From Scyliorhinus canicula (taxonomy: Eukaryota), in assembly GCF_902713615.1 (NCBI RefSeq), contig NC_052161.1, forward strand, positions 114,802,636-114,866,635: a stretch of 64,000 nt of DNA, written 5' to 3'. Of the stretch, positions 11,302-21,376 are shown one piece after another. Numbering within the stretch: the stretch's first letter is position 1; every line of letters starts with the position of its first letter. The position numbers and the translations under genes are program-made. The notes under the pieces were generated by a model. The model was not told where the DNA came from and did no database searches. It saw only the letters and a program-made list of their open reading frames with translations.

Positions 11302-14300
11302 CTGACAGAAGACAATAACAGGCACATATTCTTGACAGGTCTGCACACCCAAACAAATATATTATTTTGTGGCAATAACCGTTGCTATGTGGATAATTGC
11401 AAGTTATTTTGCACACAGCAATGTCCTGTAAATAGCAGTGAAATAAATGACTGGTGAATCTGTTTTTGGTATGGCTAAGGGTGGAATACTGGCTGCAAGA
11501 ACACACTGCTTTTCTTTGAACAATGCCAAGGGATCTTTTAACATCCAAAAGAACTGAATCAGATGGATGGGTCCTGTGAAACACCTCAGACAGTGCAGTA
11601 TATCTTCAGTGGTGCACTGAAATGCCAGCCTACATTAACTCCCAAGTCCTGCAGTAAAATTACAACAATTTGTTTCACAGGCAAGAGTACTCAACCTAGC
11701 CAAGCTGACATTTAGATATGGCAAAATATGGGCGTAACCCTTCAATTCCACAGTTCCTGATTTCAAAAGCAGGCCATATCAGGGCCTGGTGAGATAGGTC
11801 CTCCCAGATAGGATTGTACTGAGAGAAAGATCCTGCGTTATGCAGACCATTGTAAATACTTGCAAAATAAACCTATCTTACATTTACCATCAGCCTCCTC
11901 TGTACCATTATAATTTAGAAGGAAATACCAGAGGCATAATCACTCCTTTAAATTCAGGTGTTACAGATAACCTAAAAAGCGGGTTAATCTCACAAGTGAT
12001 TTTAAAGCAGTTTGTTAAGTAGTTCATTAAGAATCAACAGGGCAGTCCGGTTGCGGCTATGCGGAGCTAAGCCGCACGTTCGGCAGCTCCCGCTATTTAG
12101 GGACTTTTGGGCCGTTTCAAGGGCCCCAAACGGCGCTGTTTTTACGCATCCCGGTGGGGGAAGGTGCCTGGAAGAACTTGCCCCACACTATATGGTGCTC
12201 ACCCGGAGTGGGACGAAGAAAAAGGCTGCAGCAACTCCCCCAAAAAACGGGGGAAGGAAAACAAAATGGTAGCCGGCGCAACACCCGAGGACTGGTGGAA
12301 GTGGGCGCAGGAGCAACAGGCCTCACTCCTACGTTGTTTTGCTGAGCTGAAGGCTGAGCTGCTGGACTCCATGAATGCAACTACGAACAAGCTGCTTGGG
12401 ACCCAGGCGGCCCAGGAGGAGTCTATTTGGGAGTTGCAGCAGCAGGCCGTTGAAAGGGAGGAGGAGGCCGTGGTCCTCGTGGGGAGTTGCACGAGGCACT
12501 TCACAAAAAGTGGCAGGACCGCTTGGGGGAGCTGGACGTTCGCACGTGGTGAAAGAATCTGAGGATCCTGGGCCTGGCGGAGGGGCTGGAGGGGTCGGAT
12601 CTCCCGGCGTATGTGACCACGATGCTGAGCTCGTTGATGGGAGCGGGGTCCTTCCATTTGCCCCTGGGGCTTGAGGGAGTGCACAGAGTGATGGCCAGGA
12701 GGCCCAAGGCAGGTGAGCCCCCAAGGGCGGTGCTGGTGCGGTTCCACCGATTCAGTGACCGGGAGTGTGTGCTGCGCTGGGCCAAGAAAGAGTGGAGCAG
12801 TAAATGGGAGAATTCGGTAGTGAGGATCTACCAGGACTGGAGTGCGGAGGTGGCTAAGTGGCGGGCCAGGTTCAACCGGACGAAGGCGGTGCTTCATGCC
12901 AAGCAGGTCAGGTTTGGAATGCTGCAGCCTGCGCGCCTGTGGGTGACATACAGGGACCGGCACCATTACTTTGAGTCCCCGGAGGAGGCGTGGGCCTTTG
13001 TACAGGCGGAGAAGCTGGACTCGAACTAGGGCCTGGGGACATACTTTGGCCGTCTTTGTTTCCGCTGTGGCTGTTTTGTTTCAACTGTTTCAACTTTTTT
13101 AACTACGACATGTGTGTTATGTATGCTGGGTTTCTGTTTGCTCTGTTTACGGGTCGGTTTGTTTGTTGGGCATGGTTGTGGGTTAGGTGGGGAGTGTTGG
13201 GGGTTTGTGTTTTATATGTTCTCTTCTGTACGGGGCTGGGGATTGAGGTGAAACTGGATTTTGGGGAACTGCGTCAGAAGGGTGGGGTGTGGCAGTGTGA
13301 AAGCGCGGGATTTCCTCTGGTTTCCCGTGCTGCGGGGCAGGGGGGGGTGGAGCTTGCGGTGGGGCGGGGCCTCTACGGGTCTTCTTTCCCGCGCTGCAGC
13401 AATGCCAAGGAGGTGTGGCAAGAGGGGGATGACCCCATGCCGGGAGGGGATAGGTTTTGGCGGGAGCTGCCGGGGTCAGCAGAAGTCAGCTGACTCACGG
13501 AAGTACCATGGAGGGTGCGTCGCGGCTAGGAGGGGTCCTAGCCTGGGGGGGGAGGGGGCGGGGGGGGATACCGGGTTGCTGCTGGAATGATTAGGAAGGA
13601 GCCGGGTGGGGAAGAGGAGAGGCGCTATCGCCATGGGGAACGGGTCGAGCGGGGTGTGCTGGCCTGGGGCGAACATCTGCCAAGCTATGGCTAGTCGGCG
13701 GGGGAGGGGGGCGGGTTGCCCTCTGATCCGGCTGATTACCTGGAACGTGAGGGGGCTGAACGGGCCAGTTAAGAGAACCAGGGTGTTTTCCCATCTAAGG
13801 GGGTTGAGGTCGGACGTGGCTATGCTCCAGGAGACCCACCTGAAGGTGGCGGACCAGGTTCGTCTGAGGAAGGGGTGGGTGGGGCAGGTTTATCATTCAG
13901 GATTGGACGCGAAGAACCGGGGGGTGGCGATTCTGGTGGGGAAGAGGATGCCGTTTGAGGTGGTGTCGGACAAGGAGGGCAGATATATCATGGTGAAGGG
14001 TAGGCTGCAGGGAGAGAAGGTGGTGCTGGTGAACGTATATGCCCCGAATTGGGATGATGCTGGCTTCATGAGGCGATTGTTCGGCCGCATCCCGGACCTG
14101 GAGGCAGGGGGCCTGATAATGGGGGGAGATTTTAACACAGTGCTGGATCCCACACTGGACCAGTCCAGTTCAAGGACGGGTAGGAGACCGGCAGCGGCCA
14201 AAGTGCTGAGGGGATACATGGACCAGATGGGAGGGGTGGATCCCTGGAGGTTTGGGAGACCGAGAGCGCGGGAGTATTCCTTTTTCTCTCACGTCCATAG

Positions 14301-17300
14301 GGTTTATTCCCGGATAGACTTTTTTGTCCTGAGCAGGGGATTGATTCCGTGGGTGCAGGATGCCGAGTACTCGGCCATAGCGATTTCGGACCATGCCCCG
14401 CACTGGGTTGATCTGGAGATGGGAGAGGCGCAGGACCAGCGCCCGCTCTGGCGCCTGGATGTGGGGATGCTGGCGGAGGAGGAGGTGTGTAAGAGGGTTC
14501 GGAGAAGCTTTGAGGGGTATCTGGATACCAATGATACGGGGGAGGTCCAGGTGGGGATGGTCTGGGAGGCTCTGAAAGCAGTGATCCGGGGGGAGCTGAT
14601 CTCCATCCGGGCTCACAGGGAAAGGAGGGAGAGGAAGGAGAGGGAGAGACTGGTGGGAGAGCTCCTGGAGGTAGACAGGAGATATGCGGAGGCACCGGAG
14701 GAAGGGTTGCTGGGAGAACGGCGCAGTTTGCAGGCCAATTTTGACTTGTTGACCACCAGAAAGGCGGAGACACAGTGGAGGAGGGCGCAGGGCGCGGTAT
14801 ATGAGTATGGAGAGAAGGCGAGCAGGATGTTGGCGCATCAGCTCCGTAGGCGAGATGCGGCTAGGGAAATTGGTGGAGTGAAGGATGGGGGTGGAAATGT
14901 AGTGCAGAAGGGGACAGAAGTAAACGGGGTCTTTAGGGACTTTTACGAGGGATTGTACCGGTCGGAACCTCCGAGGGGGAGAGAGGGGATGGAGAGCTTC
15001 ATGAACAGGCTATGTTTCCCAAGGGTTCAAGAGAGGCTGGTAGAGGGGCTGGGGGCGCCGATAGAGTTGGAGGAGCTAGTCAGGGGGATCGGACAAATGC
15101 AATCAGGTAAGGCCCCGGGGCAGGACGGGTTCCCGGCGGAATTTTACAAAAAATATGCGGACCTGGTGGGTCCCCTGTTGGTGCGAACCTTCAATGAGGC
15201 ATGGGAGGGGGGGGCTTTGCCCCCGACGATGTCGCGGGCACTGATCTCTTTGATCCTAAAACGGGATAAGGACCCCTTGCAGTGCGGATCATATAGGCCT
15301 ATCTTGCTCCTTAACGTAGACGCTAAATTGCTGGCAAAGATCCTGGCTACCAGGATAGAGGATTGTGTGCCAGAGGTAATTCACGAAGATCAGACAGGAT
15401 TTGTCAAGGGGCGGCAGCTCAACACGAATGTGCGGAGACTGCTCAATGTTATCATGATGCCGGCAGTGGAGGGGGAGGCGGAGATAGTGGTGGCGCTGGA
15501 CGCAGAGAAAGCGTTTGATAGAGTTGAGTGGGCAGCACGGTAGCATAGTGGTTAGCATCAATGCTTCACAGATCCAGGGTCCCAGGTTCGGTTCCCGGCT
15601 GGGTCACTGTCTGTGCAGAGTCTGCACGTCCTCCCCGTGTGTGCGTGGGTTTCCTCCGGGTGCTCCGGTTTCCTCCCACAGTCCAAAGATGTGCGGGTTA
15701 GGTGGATTGGCCATGCTAAATTGCCCGTAGTGTCCTAAAAAGTAAGGTTAAGGGGGAGTTGTTGGGTTACGGGTATAGGGTGGATATGTGAGTTTGAGTA
15801 GGGTGATCATTGCTCGGCACAACATCGAGGGCCGAAGGGCCTGTTCTGTGCTGTACTGTTCTAAATTCTAAACCTGTGGGAGGTGCTGGAGAGGTTTGGA
15901 TTTGGGGAGGGATTCATCAAATGGGTGAGGCTGCTTTACGCGGCTCCGATGGCGAGTGTAGTCACAAATGGAAGGAAATCGGAGTACTTTAGGCTCTATC
16001 GTGGGACCAGGCAGGGGTGTCCCCTGTACCCCCTGCTCTTTGCACTGGTGATTGAACCACTGGCCATGGCGTTGAGGGAGTCAGGGAGATGGAGGGGTCT
16101 GGTGCGGGGTGGGGAGGAGCACCGGGTATCGCTGTATGCGGACGACCTGCTGTTATATGTGGCGGACCCAGAGGGAGGAATGCCGGGGGTGATGGAGCTG
16201 TTAGCGGAATTTGGGGTCTTCTCGGGGTATAAGCTAAATTTAGGAAAGAGCGAGGTATTTGTAGTGCACCCGGGAGATCAAGAGGAGGGAATTGGGAGGC
16301 TCCCTTTCAGGAGGGCAGTGAAGAGTTTCAGGTACCTGGGGGTGCAGGTGGCCAGGAGTTGTGGGGCTCTCCATAAGCTTAACTTCACCAGACTAGAACA
16401 GATGGAGGAGGAATTTAAAAGGTGGGACATGGTGCCGCTATCGCTGGCGGGCAGAGTGCAATCCGTCAAAATGGCGGTTCTCCCGAGGTTCTTGTTCCTC
16501 TTCCAGTGCTTGCCCATCTTTATCCCTAGGGCCTTTTTTTAAAAGGGTGACCAGCAGCATCATGGGATTTGTTTGGGCGCATGGCACCCCGAGGGTGAAG
16601 AGGGTCTTCTTGGAGCGGGGTAGAGATGGGGGGGGGGGGGGCTGGCGTTGCCCAACCTCTCGGGGTACTACTGGGCGGCCAACGTGTCGATGGTGCGTCA
16701 GTGGGTGATGGAGGGGAGGGGGCAGCATGGAAACGGATGGAGAGAGCGTCCTGTGGGGATACGAGCCTGGGGGCCCTGGTAACGGCGCCGTGGCCGCTCC
16801 CTCCCACGAGGTATACCATGAGTCCGGTGGTGGCGGCTACCCTCAAGATGTGGGGGCAGTGGAGGCGACATAGGGGAGAAGTGGGGGGCTCGATGGAGGC
16901 TCCGTTAAGGGGGAACCATAGGTTTGTCCCGGGGAATATGGATGGGGGATTTCTGAGGGACCTGTTTATCGACGGAAGGTTTTGCGAGCCTGGGGGAGTT
17001 GGAGGAGAAATTTGGGCTCCCTCCGGGAAACATGTTTAGATATCTGCAGGTAAAGGCATTTGCTAGACGGCAGGTGGAGGGATTCCCTGCGCTCCCCGCG
17101 AGGGGGGTGAGTGACAGGGTGCTTTCGGGGGTCTGGGTCGGGTAGGGGAAGATATCCGATATCTACAAGCTCATGCAGGAGGTGGAAGTGGCGTCAGTAG
17201 CGGAGCTGAAAACGAAGTGGTAGGGGGAACTGGGGGAATAGATCGAAGACGGGACATGGGCTGATGCCCTGGAGAGGGTAAATTCTTCCTCCTCGTGTGC

Positions 17301-20300
17301 GCGGCTTAACCTCATTCAATTCAAGGTGCTGCACAGGACCACATGACTGGGTCGAGGATGAGTAGGTTCTTTGGGGGTGAAGATAGGTGTGTTAGGTGCT
17401 CGGGGAGTCCAGCGAACCATGCCCATATGTTCTGGGCATGCCCGGCGCTGGAGGAGTTCTGGAAGGGGGTGGCGAGGACGGTGTCAAGGGTGGTGGGATC
17501 CAGGGTCAAGCCAGGATGGGGACTCGCGATCTTTGGGGTTGGGGTAGAGCCGGGAGTGTAGGAGGCGAAAGAGGCCGGTGTGCTGGCCTTTGCGTCCCTA
17601 GTAGCCCGGCGAAGGATTTTGCTACAATGGAAGGACGCGAGGCCCCCAAGCGTGGAGACCTGGATCAATGACATGGCGGGCTTCATTAAGCTAGAGATGG
17701 TCAAATTCGCCCTGAGAGGATCGGTGCAAGGGTTCTTTAAGCGGGGGCAACCTTTCCTCGACTTTCTGGCTCAACGATAGGGTACTGGGACAGTAGCAGC
17801 AGCAACCCGGGGGTGGGGGTGGGGGTGTTGGGGGGGGGGGGGGGGGGGGGGTGGCGGGGGGGGGGGGGGGGGGGTGGGGGTGGCGGGGGGTGGGTGTGGG
17901 GGGGGGGTGGCGGGGGGGGGGGGGGTGGCGGGGGGGGGGGGGACGGACGATGACTATGTTTGTTTATTTTATTTAAATTTGATTTATTTAATTTTAATTT
18001 ATGGTTAAGTTTCTTGTTGGGGGGGTGGGGGGATTGTGATACATGTGATGTTACGGTTTGGGGGGATTTGTGGGTTTAATGGGGCAGTTAGTTGCATATT
18101 ATTACTTGTTATATTTTTATATTTTCTGTAAAAAATTCCAATAAAAATTATTTTTTAAAAAAAGAATCAACAGGGCAGCACGGTGGCGCAGTGGGTTAGC
18201 CCTGCTGCCTCATGGCGCCGAGGTCCCAGGTTCGATCCCAGCTCTGGGTCACTGTCCGTGTGGAGTTTGCACATTTACCCCGTGTTTGTGTCGTTTTGCC
18301 CCCACAACCCAAAGATGTGCAGGGTAGGTGGATTGGCCACGCTAAATTGCCCCTTAATTGGAAAAAATTAATTGGGTACTCTAAATTGAAAAAAAAACAA
18401 TCAACAGTTTAAAAATGAAACACAAGCTAAACAGATAGAAGAAGCATTTGACCCGTGACAGGTGAGAATGGTTTAGCAATCCTGGACAATGAATGCCTGG
18501 ATGATGCAGAGTGAGTGTTGACCTCTGTCAGCTTTTACCTGAAGTGTTAGGAAGCTCTTCCATGGTCTTCCTCACTTCTCCCAGGTCTTCATCTGAAGGT
18601 CAACTGCCTGATGTGGGTGTGTGTGGAGTTTGTATGTTCTCCCCGTGTCTGCGTGGGTTTCCTCTGGGTGCTCCACTTTCGTCCCAGTTCAAAGTTGATT
18701 GGTCATGCTAAATTTCCCATAGTGTCCAACGATTGGGTGGGATTACGGGGGTAGGGTGGGGGTGTGGGCCTAGTTAGGTTGCTCTTTCAGAGGGTCGATG
18801 TAGACTCGATGGGCCGAATGGCCTCCTTCTACACTGTAGGTATTCTATGAGGACTACCCCTTCACCCCAGTGCACCCATTATTTCTAAGGGCCCATTGTC
18901 CAATGTCAATTTACCCAATGTCAATATTTCTGACCAAAGAATAGGTACTCGGGGTGTTACTGCCTCCTGTCTATCACTTTGGCTTGAGAGCATCTCTTAG
19001 CTCATGGTATGCCGAGTGCCATTTGGTAACTCATGCCTCACACATGTATATAGATAAGAGTGTACGCAATGTGACACATGACTCCCTACTATCAGTTTAG
19101 AAATATCTATGTCTTTGTTTTACTTCAGCCTCCAAACATTAGGGATTGTTTGTGTTTTTCCAAAGAGAGAAAAGAAGCCTTCTGCCATACGGCCTCATAC
19201 TGTGCTTCTCTATCTGAGGATGGTACTGAACACCTCAGCAAACATCTTCATTTTTGACCTGGTACAAAGTCTTACAATATCAGGTTAAAGTCCAATAGGT
19301 TTATTTGGAATTCACATGCTGGGGCTACTCAGCTCCTGACCTCAGGATTCACATGATGAAGGAGCTGTGCTCTGAAAGCTAGTGATTCCAAATAAACCTG
19401 TTAGACTTTAACCTGGTGTTGTAAGACTTCTTACTGTGCCCACCCCAGTCCAACGCCGGCATCTCCACATCATTTTTGACCTGATGTTGGAAGGAAGGTA
19501 GGGGCAGCAGGGTAGCATGGTGGTTAGCATCAATGCTTCACAGCTCCAGGGTCCCAGGTTCGATTCCCGGCTGGGTCACTGTCTGTGTGGAGTCTGCACG
19601 TCCTCCCCCTGTGTGCGTGGGTTTCCTCCGGGTGCTCCGGTTTCCTCCCACAGTCCAAAGATGTGCGGGTTAGGTGGATTGGCCATGCTAAATTGCCCGT
19701 AGTGTCCTAAAAAGTAAGGTTAAGGGGGGGTTGTTGGGTTACGGGTATAGGGTGGATACGTGGGTTTGAGTAGGGTGATCATGGCTCGGCACAACATCGA
19801 GGGCCGAAGGGCCTATTCTGTGCTGTACTGTTCTAGATTCTAGAAGGTCATTGATGAAGCAGCTGAAGATGGCTGAGCCTAGGACACTAACCAGAGGAAC
19901 CGCTGCAGTGATGTCCAGGAACTGAAATGATTGACCTACAACCACCACAACTATCTTCCTTTGTGCCAGGTATGACTCCAACCAGAGGAGAGTTAACCCC
20001 CCCCTCCGCCCCCAAATTCCCATTAACTCCTTTGATGCCAGATTCAATCAAATGCTGTCTTAATGCTGAGGGCAGTTACTCTTACCTCATCTCTGGAATT
20101 AATCTCTTTTGTCCATATATGAACCAGGGCTGTAATGAGGTCAGGAGCTGAGTAGCCCTAGCAGGACCTAAACTGAGTGTCACTGAGCAGGTTATCGCTG
20201 AGCAATATTATAAAGCTTGCATGAGGGTTTCAGTGGTAGCTGATGTGGTGAGGTCGGTGCTTGGAAGGTTGTTACAGAGTTGAAGTATGTGTTTTTTTGT

Positions 20301-21080
20301 GATGGAAAGAGTGTGAAGTCAGAAGCTCAACTTGAGTTCATAGAGGATGCCAAGACTGAATAATCTGTTTCTACCTGAAGTAATAATAGGAAAGTGGGAG
20401 GGAGGTTAGTGGTGATGAGACAGAGTTAGCAGTCCCACAGTTTAACTGCAGGAAACAGAAATTCATCAGAGACTGGTTGTTAAATAAGCAGTTTGAAAGG
20501 GCAGAAATAGTCGAGAGATTGAGGGAGATTAAGGAATAACAACAGCAGATGAGATAGCGAAAGGGCAGCACACACATGAAAAAGATATTGGGGGGGGGTT
20601 GCTGAAGTGAGATGAGTGCCAGCGAGGTTGGGAAGAAAAGCCATTGGTAGAAAGGCAAAATTACACAGATAAGAGTGGAATCAAGTGAAGGTGGTGTCAT
20701 CAAAGTGCAGAACCTAGAAGAGGTAATGGGGGGGGGGGGGGGGGGGAGAGAAAGAGTTTGACCGTCTGTATCAAAGGCTGCATAGGGGTTCAGAAGGGAT
20801 ACCGTCATGCTGTGGACAGTTTTTGGAAGGGTGGATATTTAATTGGAGAGAATAAATAATGAAGTTGCAGAAAGGATGGGCGCGGGATTTTAGAGGCAAC
20901 AATACATTTCTGTGATGAAAAGAAGGTTGGAGTTTATGAGCTGATGGGCGTTTTCTGCACTCACCAGTAATAGGTCACCCTGCACTGGGAACACATAACA
21001 TAAGCGGTTTTTTGGCACATCTCACACTCGAGTTTGACTCCCTTAGGATTGGAAAGCGGGTAGACAGGCGAACTGAGCAT
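11160..21080 (-). CDS. ZMYND12: Zinc finger MYND domain-containing protein 12, 5' part (coding exons 1-2; remainder outside the window)
   Basis: join(20965..21080, 11160..11301) translates to MLSSPVYPLSNPKGVKLECEMCQKTAYVMCSQCRVTYYC-DVAHQEADWNGIHEKICQLLIPIRT..QRQ, a MYND finger matching ZMYND12. GT/AG sites are in phase; head-to-head with PPCS as in human. Confidence 0.93.
13687..15529 (+). pseudogene. L1 copy B ORF2 N-terminal part (endonuclease to start of RT), cut by the SINE
   Basis: Open frame MASRRGRG..TWNVRGL..LQETH..GDFN..SDH..DAEKAFDRVEW, then SINE; the frame resumes at ~15873 (LWEVLERFGFG). Confidence 0.9.
15530..15871 (+). mobile_element. HE1-like tRNA-derived SINE with a CR1-type tail
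   Basis: GGGCAGCACGGTAGCATAGTGG head, B box GGTTCGGTTCC; tail TCGGCACAACATCGAGGGCCGAAGGGCC..TTCTA shared with the CR1 3' end at 28663-28714. Confidence 0.9.
18173..18397 (+). mobile_element. HE1-like SINE with a short A-rich tail
   Basis: Same head/core as 15530; ends TTAATTGGAAAAAATTAATTGGGTACTCTAAATTG(A)n; TSD AAGAATCAACAG / AACAATCAACAG. Confidence 0.88.
18618..18850 (+). mobile_element. 5'-truncated HE1-like SINE (CR1-type tail)
   Basis: Core GTGTGGAGTTTG..TTCTCCCCGTG and tail GACTCGATGGGCCGAATGGCC..TTCTATG. Confidence 0.75.
19262..19472 (+). mobile_element. Short Penelope-like element, family B: inverted arm plus hammerhead-like core
   Basis: 19267-19315 is an inverted copy of 19382-19429; flanking duplication TCATTTTTGACCTG (19248-19261 and 19470-19483); a second family copy lies at 58348-58504. 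Confidence 0.7.
19501..19843 (+). mobile_element. HE1-like SINE (CR1-type tail) inserted in an old CR1-like RT fragment (19844-20205, minus)
   Basis: Near-identical to 15530-15871; the flanking minus-strand frame reads WLESYLAQR..VLGSAIFSCFINDL. Confidence 0.88.
20220..20930 (-). mobile_element. Old L2-like RT remnant
   Basis: Minus frame LLNPYAAFDT resembles the L2/CR1-group RT motif LLDLSAAFDT; otherwise decayed. Confidence 0.45.
20965..21080 (-). CDS. ZMYND12: ZMYND12 coding exon 1 (116 bp)
   Basis: ATG at 21080-21078; ...CRVTYY-TG|gtgagt donor. Confidence 0.92.
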
Positions 21081-21376
21081 CTCGGTGTCCAGGGAGGTCA
21101 AGTCCTTTCAGCGTCGGATGTGCTGCGGTTGCTAGGGACGACTGGCCCGTTGCTAAGGCCTCTGACTTCTGAACCCAGGAGCGCTTCTTAGTGCGTCCCC
21201 TCAACACACCGACCTCAACACAAATCGAGACTAAAAATAAACGAATACGAGAAAAATCTAAATATTTATACATGAAAGAGTAATTTGTGCCACGACTTTG
21301 AGAAAAGTTATCCATCACCTACTGTGGGTGGTGGGAGCGGGGAACCCGGACACTAATTGAGGGGGGACCAGTTGCA
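21081..21376. promoter_or_regulatory. Bidirectional promoter / 5' UTR region between ZMYND12 and PPCS, with two RFX X-box-like motifs
   Basis: 296 bp separate the divergent ATGs; GTTGCTAGGGAC at 21128-21139 and GTTGCTAAGGC at 21149-21159; CpG-rich sequence continues through PPCS exon 1. Confidence 0.7.

Larger units (their letters stand above)
12046..18161 (+). mobile_element. Near full-length L1-clade LINE (copy B), decayed, with a SINE inserted in ORF2
   Basis: ORF1 remnants 12192-13029 and ORF2 remnants 13687-17780 (APE, RT YADD, CCHC); G-rich tract 17808-17942; AATAAA 18140-18145 and short A tail; 17-bp TSD AAGAATCAACAGGGCAG (12029-12045 and 18162-18178). Confidence 0.96.

Noticed and set aside
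15515-15730. Recurrent 60-110-aa ORFs ([18 protein letters not shown]) and tRNA-like heads
   Set aside because: Translations of SINE sequence; the heads have A/B boxes but run into SINE cores, so they are not tRNA genes.
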